A stretch of 49,363 nt of DNA from the NCBI RefSeq assembly GCF_001194135.2, contig NC_068986.1, positions 40,448,424-40,497,786 of the forward strand, given 5' to 3'. Position numbers and translations under genes: made by a program. Shown here piece after piece: positions 22,522-34,599 of this stretch. Origin of the DNA: Octopus bimaculoides (lineage: Eukaryota). Numbering within the stretch: the stretch's first letter is position 1; every line of letters begins with the position of its first letter. The notes beneath the pieces are model-generated. The model worked only from the letters and a program-made list of their open reading frames with translations, was not told the origin of the DNA and did no database searches.

Positions 22522-22904
22522 GTGTTGGCACTCCGTCGCTTACGACGTCGAGGGTTCCAATTGATCTGATCAATGGAACAGCCTGCTTGTGAAATTAATG
22601 TGCAAGTGACTGAGCACTCCACAGACGCGTGTACCCTTAACGTAGTTCTCAGGGATATTCAGTGTGACACAGTGTGACAAGGCTGACCCTTTGAATTACA
22701 GGCACAACAGAAACAGGAAGTAAGAGTGAGAGAAAGTTGTGGTGAAAGAGTACAGCAGGGTTCGCCACCATCCCCTACCGGAGCCTCGTGGAGCTTTAGG
22801 TGTTTTCACTCAATAAACACTCACAACGCCCGTTGTGGGAATCGAAACCGCGATCCTATGACCACGAGTCCGCTGCCCTAACCACTGGGCCATTGCGCCT
22901 CCAC
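22522..22904 (-). mobile_element. Young tRNA-derived SINE, family C, with 10-bp TSD
   Basis: Minus-strand head GGAGGCGCAATGGCCCAGTGGTTAGGG with box B GTTTCGATTCC. TSD TATCTTTTAT at 22512-22521 and 22905-22914; CpGs retained. Confidence 0.92.
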
Positions 22905-22914
22905 TATCTTTTAT

Positions 22915-23295
22915 ATTCTAGTTGTTTTAGTCATTAAACTGTGACCATGCTGGAGAAATCCCTTGAAGAATTTTTAGTCAGATGAATAAGCTCCAGTACT
23001 TGTTTTTTTTTAAAGACTGTTATTTATTCTACTGATCTATTTTGCCAAACTGCTAAGTTACGGGGACATAAACACACCAACAGCAGTTGTCAAGTGGTGG
23101 TGGAGGACAAACAAAGTCTCGACCACACAGACACACACACGACAGGCTTCTTTCAGTTTCCATCTTCCAAATGTGCTCACAATTCTTTGGTTGGCCCAAG
23201 TCTTTAGTAGAAGGTGTTTACCCAAGATGCCATGCAGCAGGACTGAACCCAAGACCATGTGGTTAAGAAACAAACTTCTTGCCACACACAGTTGC
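22915..23295 (-). mobile_element. Family A SINE, degraded
   Basis: CCATGCTGGAG, CTGCTAAGTTACGGGGACATAAACACACC and GGACTGAACCCAAGACCATGTGG. Confidence 0.78.
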
Positions 23296-23895
23296 ATCTG
23301 TGCCTTGAAGTTTTTGAATTCTTTACCAGAAAAAAATTTTGATTCTAATTCCTACATGTTAGTTGCCTGAATGTTTCACATCAATTTATTAAAACAGATG
23401 ACAACTCTTATTTGCAATGTGTTCTTAATATTCTATTAAAAACTAAACTAAAAAAAAATACTTTGATTTTTATCTGGAGGCCTTATGCCAATATCAAGAA
23501 TGTGGTCCAAGCAAATACAAAAGCTCATTCTTCTGTGATTCAACATTGCTCTAATAATGAAAATGGTTTCTTTATTAAATTTGCTGACAATGGTTATAAG
23601 TGAAGTGGAATTGGCTCACCAGTAGCTCCAAAGCACATCATTGTTCTCTCCTCTGTGCTTAAATAAGATATTAATTTTTGTAAACATGCTGTACCAACGC
23701 ATAAACGCAGGTATGGAGTGAAGCTAGAGTTAAAAGAAATAGCAATGATTAAATAGATAAGTTGTCATGTCATTCAGCTGAAGACTCAAGAAATCATATT
23801 CCGTCACTAAGGTTCAGATTTGTCCCTTGCTCTTCACTTCTTCACCCCAACAGTGGCCCCCCTCTTACACAGATGCCACCAGCCTACAATCTTCC

Positions 23896-24112
23896 TTAAC
23901 CCTTTAGCATTTAATCTGGCCTAAATATGCTAGCTCTTTTATGTTAAAACTGACCAGATCCAATCTCTCACACCTACCCTACAATGTCTTTCTTAAAATA
24001 TAGGAACCTACCATTGAAACCTTGAAGCTACAAAATAATGTGTAATTAATTCAAAACAACGTGAATAAATAACAGTACATTTGACTGAATAATGTGAATG
24101 CTAAAGGGTTAA
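23896..24112. mobile_element. piggyBac-type MITE (family G) with both ends intact
   Basis: TTAA-CCCTTTAGCATT..AATGCTAAAGGG-TTAA: perfect 12-bp TIR with TTAA at both ends. Confidence 0.92.
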
Positions 24113-24540
24113 AGTTCATCATCTAAATGTCACCCACTTGTGACTTAAACATCTCATGCCCAACCTGTATTAAACCCATGAACAGGGACCATTACATATA
24201 TAGCTAAATTTATCAACAGAATATTATTGAAATTCACTCTCCCTAAACATAAACAGCTTGCACCTCAAACCCTGAACATCTGTACAAACGTTAGGGCTCA
24301 TTATCACAGAAGTTATCTGCCACCCCCACCCCACCTGCCAGCAAATGCACAGCCTGAAAATAGCAACAGACTACATCACAGAGATAGGCTTCTTCTTCAT
24401 GGAATAAACTAACAATGTCATTTATTTGCTATCAGGATCCTGCATCCTTCAAAAATTCCATGCTTCCCTTGATGTGCCTATTCACCCTTTCCTCTTTTAC
24501 TATTTATTTTTCTGTCTTATCCTGTGTACTGTGCATGTGT

Positions 24541-24770
24541 GAAGGCACGTAGCTTAGTGTAGATCAGCAGCACATAGTATCCTTAAGCAAGACGCTTTAT
24601 TTCACGTTGCTCCAGTCCACTCAGCTGGCAAAAGTGAGTAGTACTTGTATTTCAAAGGACCATTCTGTGTCTGTGGAGTGCTCAGCCACTTGCACAATAA
24701 ATTCATGAGCAAGTTGTTCTGTTGATTGGATCAACTGAAACCCTCGTCATTGTAACTGACAGAGTGTGCA
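24541..24770 (+). mobile_element. SINE with D-type head and C-type tail, internally deleted
   Basis: GAAGGCACGTAGCTTAGTG, TTTCACGTTGCTCCAGTCCACTCAGCTGGC and GGAGTGCTCAGCCACTTGCAC. Confidence 0.8.
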
Positions 24771-25359
24771 TGTACTTTTGGTTAGCATTACTGTCTTTGT
24801 TTGACTTTATTGCTGCTTCCTGTGCCTTCTTTTATCCCTTTCTGATCAGTTGTAGTGCACCTGAGTACTGTATACAATATATACAATAAGCTCATTATTT
24901 ATTTTTCTTTTTTAAGTTAAAAGAAATTAAACCCTCTAAAAGAAATTAAACCCTCTAGTTAATCCTTCTTTATGATTAGAGTTACAATTCACTGTTTAAC
25001 TTTAAAGTGACGTTGAAATCCTCTTTTGATTTACTTTCTAATCTGAATTTGACAAGCATTCTGTGAAATAATGTTTTACTGAAAAATTTGGTTAATTTTC
25101 ATAATTCCTCAGATGTGGAAGAATTTATTTAAAATCTGTTTATTTTTTTCCTAGAAAAGAAAATGCAATTATTTTCAAGAGGAATTTTTTCTCTTGTTTT
25201 CATATCTACAGCCTCAACATATTTTTACACTCAACTAATTCAAAGTACTGAGAGAACCTCTGAGTAACCATTAGATTTGCAACAAATAGTAGCTAAATTT
25301 CATGCCATCATCATCATCACATCCACTTTTCCATACTTTCATTATTAGGATAGTAAAGT

Positions 25360-25611
25360 AAAGGCGAAGTTACCTTCTTGAGTCATATTGATTCATAAGG
25401 GCCAGTTTGCCAGTTTCATGGCGTATAAATTCCTCACCTGGATGGGATGCCAGCCTGTTGCAGGATTATTCATTTTTGTCATCTGAGTGGACTGGAGCAA
25501 TGTGAAATGAAGTGTTTTGCTAAAGAACACAACACATTGCCCAGTCCAGGGATCGAAACCACAATCTTACAATCATGAGTCCAAATCCTAACCACTAAGC
25601 CATGAACCTCC
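25360..25611 (-). mobile_element. SINE with D-type head
   Basis: CTGAGTGGACTGGAGCAATGTGAAATGAAGTG, GATCGAAACC and CCTAACCACTAAGCCATGAACCTCC. Confidence 0.8.
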
Positions 25612-27971
25612 ACATCAGTTGAATGGAATTCCATGAAGTGAATTTTCTAGAGCTGAATGCCCTTCTTTCCAAGTAATGTAATATTTCCTCATGACTAGAC
25701 ATGTTTTCCCCAAACATTGGAAATGAGGTACATCGCTTGCATGACAGTGGCACTTGCTTACAGTTATTACATGATATCAGAGCAAAATGACAGTAATACA
25801 CACATATGATAGGCTTCTTTCAGTTTCCATGCACCAAATTGTCTGCCTAAGTTGCCATACAGTGGCACTGAACCCAAAACCATTTGGCTAGGTAACAAAC
25901 TTCTCACCAAACAGTCACACTTGCACCTACATTGTATCTGGAAATTAGAAAGAAGTGAATATGATGATCATGGTTAAAAACACCAGTTCATAGGCCTGCA
26001 TGATCAAGCCTGATCTGTGGCTAAACAACAACAACAACAGCACCCATTAGTATTATTTCTAGTATTTATCTTCATCTAAATCTTCAATTTGTCTATGAGA
26101 AAATCTGTTAAATTTGATTGCTCATTTCATTTGTATGTCACCCACCCCCTTCACTCTCTACCCCCCTCTCCAATTACACATTTTATTTATATATTGCTTA
26201 TCTAAGGTAACTACAAACACTCCAATCTCTTCTTTCCATGATTTTCATCTTTGATGAAAAGATATTTTTAATTATTAATTTTATTGATCCAACAGCTTGA
26301 AGTTCCTTCCTAATGTGGGCTGTTTCACATCTGCATTACACATGTATTCGTATGCATTCACACAACATACCTGCATGCATGCACTCACACGCATGCACAC
26401 ACAAAGCTTGTTATTAAGATCCAAGATTGAAAAGTGAAGATTACACCTTCCAGTACACCAACCCATGCTAAAACTGTTTATTAAAAGCCTTTACATTTTA
26501 AATTCAGATCTTGGTCTGAAATCTCATTATTACATGTAAGATAATATTTGACTTCACCAAATAAACATTTGGTTTTTATTAAGTTGGAAGTTAGAAGTTT
26601 TAATTATTTAGAAAATTAAAACATTAAGGTTGTATATTCTTGTTAGAAATAGGGTCACAAAAGGGTTAAAGAGATTTTATTTTTGTTATTTTCTGCTATC
26701 TTTTTCTCTTTTTATTTTTTGCCGTTTTCCTTCTTCTTTACTCTTTCGACTAACTAACTTAGCTATTTTATCCACTTCTATTCAATGCTGAAGGTTAAGT
26801 GTATCGTAAAAGTCTTAATCGGAGAATCTTATTTCACAAATGATTGCCTTCTAAATGATTACTTTCATCCTCCTAGACCACCCACCTTCAAATATGTTAT
26901 TAGATATTATCTAGCATTCATCACCACCACCTTCACCACCTTCACCATTGTCACCACCACCATCATCACTGCCACCACCACTACTATCACTACCACCACC
27001 TCCATCTCATCTTTTTATCGGTTGCTATTTTGGCACTTGTGGCATTTACATTCACTCCTCCTTCCTATTCTTTTACAATATTTAAATTTTGTAAACGACA
27101 ATTCATATTTTTTATAATTTATTTCTTATTTATTTAACCTTAACCCTTCTTGCTGTTCCATAAAATCTTCACACCTGTCTCTTCATTTTTATTCTTTTAT
27201 TATTATTTTTTTTGATATTTCTATTTATACATTTAAAATTCTTTTTTGCTATTTTTATATATTTATCAATTTATGATTTAAAAATTTTTTATTTCGTTTT
27301 AGTGAATTTTCACTTAAGCAACAGGATGAACCTCTTAATAGCACCACAGTCATTGCTAGTTTTCTGGGTAGAAGCCCTAATGTCAGATTTTTTTTTTTTT
27401 TTTTTGACTCACCAGGGGTCGTTCTCCTGTAGAGCAATTTTTCAGTTTTCACAAATTCTACTGACTTCTACCATCACCCTGTTCTCCTCCACCTCCAACC
27501 ACCATGCCTCCCAACCTCCTTTACCACCACGCCACCTACCCTCCGCTACTTCATTGTCAATATGTTTCCACAAAATTATTATTAATATTATTATTATTAT
27601 TATGGTTTAGTTTTTATGGGTATTGAATTAATCATTAATTTGCTCCCTACCAAAACCTAAACTGATGCCTGTGCCACTTTTATTATGCTTGTTTGCTCTT
27701 TCACACATTCTAATGCATTAAAAGAAGAAAAATAACAAAAGAAAGCAAAACAAACAAGCAAAAAAGAAACCCACCAAAGAAAATGCAATCTAATGGTTTG
27801 TTCCATAGGTGGTACTACATTCCAAGAGTTTTAAATTTGTAACACATGTTGTTAGGTTGGCAGGATGGTAGAAAAATAACATGTGTTGTGTTGTTTATAC
27901 TTTTAGCCTCCCATTCTCAGGTTCTGAGTTCAAATCTCACCTCAGTCAACCTTGACTTTAAATTTTTGTTC

Positions 27972-28182
27972 CTTTACTCTTTTACTTGTTTCAGTCATTT
28001 GACTGTGGCCTGCTGGGGCACCGCCTTTTAGTCGAGCAAATCGACCCCGGGACTTATTCTTTGTAAGCCTAGTACTTATTCTATCAGTCTCTTTTTGCCG
28101 AACCGCTAAGTTACGGGGACGTAAACACACCAGCATCGGTTGTCAAGCAATGGTGGAGGGACAAACACAGACACACAAGCAC

Positions 28183-28245
<63 letters not shown>

Positions 28246-28410
28246 TACGACGGGCTTCTTTCAGTTTCCGTCTACCAAATCCACTCACAAGGCTTTGGTC
28301 AGCCCGAGGCTATAGTAGAAGACACTTGCCCAAGGTGCCATGCAGTGGGAATGAACCCGGAACCATGTGGTTGGTAAGCAAGCTACTTACCACACAGCCA
28401 CTCCTACGCC
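27972..28410 (-). mobile_element. Family A SINE, young, with internal (TA)n
   Basis: Nearly identical to the other young family A copies. Confidence 0.95.
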
Positions 28411-28464
28411 TGTGATATATTGAGTTGAATTTGCACACATGGACACATGCACACTCACAAAATA

Positions 28465-28902
28465 GGTGCAGGTGTTACTGTGTTTACTTGCCACTCACAT
28501 GGTTTGGGGTTCAATCTCACTGCATGACAACTTGGGCAAGTGTCTCCTACAATAGCCCTGGGACAACCAAACCTTTGTGAGCAGATTTGGTAAACGGAAA
28601 CTAGAAGAAGCCCATCATATCTGATATATGTGTGTGTGTGTATGTGTGCATACATATGCATGTAAATATGTCTCTCTGTATGTGAATGTGTGTCTATTTG
28701 TGTGCCTTGAAAATGAAGATCATTCATTTCTAATATTCTGGGAAAAACATGTCTGACTTTGGGGAAATATTACCTTGCTTGGACATAGGTAAGGCTAGGG
28801 GACAGGAAGAGCATCCAGTCAAAGAAAATCTATCTCAATAAACTCTGTCCAACCCATGCAGGTGTGAAAAAGGAGAAAAACAATGAGGTTGATGATGATG
28901 AT
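28465..28902 (+). mobile_element. SINE family B (A-type head with RTE-type tail), degraded
   Basis: CTTGGGCAAGTGTC and GATTTGGTAAACGGAAACTAGAAGAAGCCC in the head; ACAGGAAGAGCATCCAG, CCAACCCATGCA and (GAT)n in the tail. Confidence 0.75.
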
Positions 28903-29328
28903 ACAATGACCATACTTTTACCTGGCTGAAAACCATTCTCAGACATGCAGGGGTTTGTTGCAGGTGGGCAGTATTGATTTGTTGTGTTTCTAAAGCTGTT
29001 CAGTTTATTCCCATAGTCTTATAAATTTTGGTTGTAAGCATAGCAAAGGCAGACTAGTCAACTTCAGTTGGTGTACAACAGTTACTGTTGATCTGGATCT
29101 ACCCTTTATGTGGTGTACGTCCTTGAGCAGATGACCTGTGAAATAATTTACCAACCAGTATTTTCTGTTCTCTTTTTGACTACTTCCTACCATTTTAAAA
29201 GGAGTTTTTAAAGAATATATATTACTGGAAAATTTAATTCTAGACACTAAACAAATTATAGTTGCTGAGATTTTAGATAAGTTGACTTTAGATACAATAA
29301 GATGTTCAATACTGACGATATGTAATAC

Positions 29329-29517
29329 ATACTCTTTTACTCTTTTACTTGTTTCAGTCATTTGACTGTGGCCATGCTGGAGCACCGCCTTTAGTCGAAT
29401 CAAATCGACCCCAGGACTTATTCTATCGGTCTCTTTTGCCAAACCGCTAAGTTACGGGGACGTAAACACACCAGCAGCGGTTGTCAAGCGATGTTGGGGG
29501 GACAAACACAGACACAA

Positions 29518-29568
<51 letters not shown>

Positions 29569-29737
29569 CATACATACGACAGGCTTCTTTCAGTTTCCGT
29601 CTACCAAATCCACTCACAAGGCTTTGGTCAGCCCGAGGCTATAGTAGAAGACACTTGCCCAAGGTGCCACGCAGTAGGAATGAACCCGGAACCATGTGGT
29701 TGGTAAGCAAGCTACTTACCACACAGCCACTCCTGCG
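29329..29737 (-). mobile_element. Family A SINE, young, with 22-bp internal deletion and internal (CA)n
   Basis: Reads GGACTTATTCTATCGG where sister copies read GGACTTATTCTTTGTAAGCCTAGTACTTATTCTATC. Confidence 0.95.
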
Positions 29738-29859
29738 ACATGTTCAAGTCTTTATTACTATATCAACCACAAAGTGTGCTGCTTTTTCAGTCTGATGCTA
29801 ATCAGCATTTGGTGTTAATCTACTTCAGACTGCCTCTGGTTCTTTCATACATAGCTGTT

Positions 29860-30299
29860 TTAACCTTTTAGCATTCAGATTACTCTGTCAAATGTAATGC
29901 TAATTTATCACATTGTTTTGAATTAATCATCCATCATTTCATAGCTCTGTGATTTGATATGATTTGATTGTTTACATCAGTGGTTCTCAACCATTTTTTG
30001 CCTATGGACTCCTTTAATCCTATTTTACTCTACTGAACATCCATAGGCATTCAATGTAAATTTAAAAAATTCCTACTGTATTTTTATAATTAGATATTGT
30101 TAGGAATTGTATAAAAAGCAAAATATGTTGTGTATTGTAGAAGTATAAGCAATTTATTGCAGATAAATTTTTTAAACAAAATCTTATACGGACCCTGTTT
30201 GAGAACTACTAGTTTATATTTAGAATGATATTTGATATTATAGGGTAGGTATGATAAGCTGGATCTGGGCCAGGACTGATTTAAATGTTAAAGAGCTAA
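29860..30299. mobile_element. piggyBac-type MITE (family G) interrupted by a hAT MITE
   Basis: TTAA-CCTTTTAGCATTCAG start. The family G body resumes at 30212 (GTTTATATTTAGAATG). Confidence 0.8.
29978..30211. mobile_element. hAT/Charlie-type MITE
   Basis: Ends CAGTGGTTCTCAA and TTGAGAACTACTA, with 8-bp TSD GTTTACAT (29970-29977) / GTTTATAT (30212-30219). Confidence 0.85.
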
Positions 30300-31219
30300 A
30301 GTGCTGAGTATTTAAAATCAAGTCCATCCATCATAATTCTACACAAGAAGTTCCAAACACTAGCTTAATGTACAGATAAAGGAAACATTTAGTTGTTCTA
30401 TTCAGTTCCTCCAAAATCTTGAGTGTTTTCAAAATTAACTGAAATATGCAAGCCATGAACTTTTGTTGAAAATATGGTAACAAAAGGGTTTGGTGATGCA
30501 CAGCACAAAGGAGAGAAACTGATAAAAAGTTTAAAATATAAGTAGTCTTGATATCTCATGGTATGGTACTGTTTAGTAACTTCACTGATTTGATTGTAAT
30601 ATTATGCCGGCTATTCATGTCTTTTAAGATGATACTTGCTATTACAATTGGAATCCAAAAGAAATCCTTTCTATAGAAGTATATTGTGGTTAAAGAAGTT
30701 GAAGAAAATTGATATGAAAGAGAAGCTGTAGATGCAACAGACTGTTAAAAATAAAATATTGGTACCATGATGAAGCAAAGTGGATGCTATGGAAGCAACA
30801 GGACTGTTAATAGAATGAAAATGGTTATAGGAAATAAATATGACCTAGCTCTTGGAATTTCTTCCATGTTCTTCATTGTCAAGAGCAATATGGTTTGCTC
30901 TCTACACATAGAAAGTAAAGAATATGGTACTAATATGGTGATAATTTAAATAGTTTTCAGTTTCTAAAATGAGTTGTCAAGAGCTTTTTTTAAGAGGTCT
31001 ATAGGGATAAAAATAAGTAATGAATTGCAAACGAAAGATTCTGTGTAGAATTTGGTAATTTGTAGTATATGGTTTATTAAAGATATACTTTAATAGAAGC
31101 AGAACTGAACCCAGAAAGATTTAGAATGGGAATTTGTAAAAGCAGCTAAAGGAATCATATCCAATGAAGAAATTATAGTATAGGTTTGCTTAGCTGACTC
31201 ACTAGTTATTATGCTTTAC

Positions 31220-31224
<5 letters not shown>

Positions 31225-31254
<30 letters not shown>

Positions 31255-31262
31255 CCCTCACA

Positions 31263-31346
<84 letters not shown>
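31225..31346. repeat. Compound (TA)n-(CT)n-(CA)n microsatellite
   Basis: Adjacent dinucleotide runs. Confidence 0.97.
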
Positions 31347-32803
31347 GGGTAAATATATCTTCTTGTACAGTTATATGTTTGTTTATCACATAATAGACAT
31401 ATACTTGTGCGATTTATTGCTCAGACCCTTTACTGTTTGTTAATGATAGGACTTGTTATAATTATGTAGCCACTCCCTTTTTTTCTTTTTTTTTCTCCCT
31501 TTACATTGAGCTCTTATCGAGCATTGGTGAACATATTTAATAGGTTTCTTCAGAGTTTGCAATATACTTATTCATTTGTAAACAGTTTCGCAACTAATCA
31601 CTGTTCTGCATCATAAGATGTTTGGATGGTTGCAACACTCATCACTTACATTTTGTTTAGCTTTTCTATTCACTATATTTACAATATAAGTAACAACAAC
31701 AATACAAACTAGTATTATGGCTTTTCTGACATTTATTCAACCAACATGTATATTTATCATTTTTCTTTTCTCATTGTATCTTTTAGTATTCCTTTCTGCT
31801 TTTGATACATGTCATTAATCTTCCGTGTGTATATGTGTGTTATGTGTATGTGCATGCATGCACATGTGCATGTGTGTGTGTGTTGTGGTGATGGAGAGAC
31901 GAAAAATGTATTCTCTGTGTCTGATAATATGAACTGACCATTCCTATTCTTCCAAATTTATATCTTTGGGGAAAATATCTAAAGTAAAACAAGCAAAAAA
32001 AGAAAATAAGAAGCTGTTATGTAGCTTTTGTATCGATGAGCAGTGTATTTATACAGTAAAATCATTCATGTGTGTGTGCACGTGTATGTGGGCCAAGCAA
32101 ATATACTATTTTAGAATTTTGAGTTAGGTTCTTGACTGAGATTTATTTATTTATTTTGGTCATAATTATGCAATTTTCACCTAAAACTTTTACTATAAAT
32201 GTCAGAAAGAGAAGCCACAATGTATGGAGGACCAATATGGAACTTACCCTGATCCTAACTCATAATCTTAAAAACTTAATCGAAATCTGTAACCATAAAC
32301 ATTGATTGCTAGCTTCAATTGAACAGCTATATATGAAACTATCTCTTTCATCATGTTCCACTATACAAAAGTAACTTTTCTTGTAGATTCTCCTGTCTCT
32401 CTCTCACTATATATTTTTTTCTTCCTTTTTTTCTTCGCTTCCAAGGAACTTTCCGCAGTTTTCTGTATTCCTTTCTTGAGTGAATGTTAATACCAAAACC
32501 ATAATTATTGTTAAAATTAAAATGAAGTGCATGAACAGTTATTATTTTATATGAAAGGTTCAGCAGGCGTGACTGTGTGGTTAACAAGCTTGCTTCTTAA
32601 CCATGTGGTTTCAAGTTCAGTCCCACTGCAAGGCACCTTTGAGTAAGTACCTTCTGCTTTAGCTGCAGACCAATCAAAACCATGTGAGTGAATTTTGTAG
32701 ATGGAAACTGAAGAGGTCTGTTGTGTATTTATACATGTATGTATGTGTGTGTTTGTTTATATCCTTGTCTTCACATCATGTGATGGCTCTATGTGTATGT
32801 GTG

Positions 32804-32839
<36 letters not shown>

Positions 32840-32842
<3 letters not shown>

Positions 32843-33050
32843 CATCATCATCATCATTTAACATTCATTTTCCATGCTGGTATGGGTTGGATGGTTTAAT
32901 TGAAAACTGGTAAGCTGGGGAGCTGTACCAGGTCCCTATCTCATTTGGCATGATTTCTACAGCTGGATGCCAACCACTCCAAGAGTGTAGTGGGTGCATT
33001 TTACACGCTACTGGCACGGAACATCAGCCATAACTATGATCTCACTTGGT
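32840..33050 (-). mobile_element. RTE LINE 3'-UTR fragment (family F)
   Basis: (CAT)n-TTTAACATTCATTTTCCATGCTGG, CAGCTGGATGCC and AGAGTGTAGTGGGTGC. Confidence 0.82.
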
Positions 33051-33055
33051 TTGAC

Positions 33056-33089
<34 letters not shown>

Positions 33090-33208
33090 AATATATATAT
33101 GTATGTATGTATTTATTTCGGCTTTACGTTTTCATTTCTCATTGTGTTTAATGTTTTTTGTGATGTCCTGTACCTATATATATGCATGTATGTATACATA
33201 TAGATGTT

Positions 33209-33290
<82 letters not shown>

Positions 33291-33821
33291 TATATACATG
33301 AATTAGTGGACAAATGAAAGAAAGTGGCTCTCTACACATTTGGTAGGAATTACATATACTATTTAGCAACTGTTTGACACAGATCTATGCAACTATATGA
33401 TTTTCTGTTTTTAAAATAACAAGGTATGGTTTGATGATGATTTCATTGCTATTTCTAGCAGAATAAGTGACTCAAGAGGTTCACTCTTGGGTTCGATTTA
33501 GCTCAGGTGTTTATTATCACATGGTTGAATTCAGAAATTTGTTACCTCTTTTCTTTGCAATATTATAAAGGAAGAAAGTATCTGTCTTGCCCAAAGACAC
33601 AGAAAAGCAGATTTAATGAAACCTATATTTATGAACTGTTAGTTGTTAGGTAGCTTGAAATGATAGCACTGTCATCTCTGCCTAACTATGAATATATCTT
33701 CAGGATATGAACAAGATAGCTGTATTGGTATTGAAGAAAGTCAAACTTATATTCAAAGTAACCTTCTAGCTAGTGTGTGTGTGTGTGTGCATGCACATAT
33801 ATGTACCTTTGTATGTATGTA

Positions 33822-34200
33822 NNNNNNNNNNNNNNNNNNNNNNNNNNNNNNNNNNNNNNNNNNNNNNNNNNNNNNNNNNNNNNNNNNNNNNNNNNNNNNN
33901 NNNNNNNNNNNNNNNNNNNNNNNNNNNNNNNNNNNNNNNNNNNNNNNNNNNNNNNNNNNNNNNNNNNNNNNNNNNNNNNNNNNNNNNNNNNNNNNNNNNN
34001 NNNNNNNNNNNNNNNNNNNNNNNNNNNNNNNNNNNNNNNNNNNNNNNNNNNNNNNNNNNNNNNNNNNNNNNNNNNNNNNNNNNNNNNNNNNNNNNNNNNN
34101 NNNNNNNNNNNNNNNNNNNNNNNNNNNNNNNNNNNNNNNNNNNNNNNNNNNNNNNNNNNNNNNNNNNNNNNNNNNNNNNNNNNNNNNNNNNNNNNNNNNN
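33822..34200. other. Assembly gap
   Basis: N-run. Confidence 1.
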
Positions 34201-34324
34201 ATATATATATACACACACATACATACATACATACATACATACATACATACATACATAGATACAGGTGCTCATGTGTGTATATACATGAAAGGACAAACAA
34301 AGACACACACACACACACACAATC

Positions 34325-34599
34325 CACTGTCACTAAGACTGACAGGAGTGCAGTGAGCACCAGCATTGCTAGAAATAGTAGTTATGGACTACTTAACCAC
34401 AAAAGCACATGCTCTCTTTGTATTGACAGAGGAGAAAACCCTCCCCACTGTGAGCAAGATACATTAGATTAGCATGTTAATTTCATATAGGAAATTAATA
34501 CTCAAAAGAGACAATACGCTTTTGTGACTAAGGAGTTTACGACTCCTATTTCTAGCATTGCTGGTTCTCACTGCACCCTTGTCATTCTTAGTGACGGTG
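34325..34599. mobile_element. MITE with about 80-bp TIRs (Chapaev/CMC-like)
   Basis: Left arm CACTGTCACTAAGACTGACAGGAGTGCAGTGAGCACCAGCATTGCTAGAAATAG mirrors the right arm ending ..TTCTTAGTGACGGTG. Flanks are AATC / AATT. The superfamily is an inference. Confidence 0.82.

Noticed and set aside
22830-22904. tRNA gene
   Set aside because: Boxes A and B are present but there is no complete cloverleaf, and it is the head of a TSD-flanked SINE.
23775-23805. CTGAAGA..GAAA as another hammerhead
   Set aside because: The intervening CTCAA cannot form stem II, and no stem I or III pairing is evident.
29005-29328. Roughly 108-codon minus-strand open frame in unique sequence
   Set aside because: Its start lies inside a SINE, there is no recognisable domain, and no convincing splice sites bound it.
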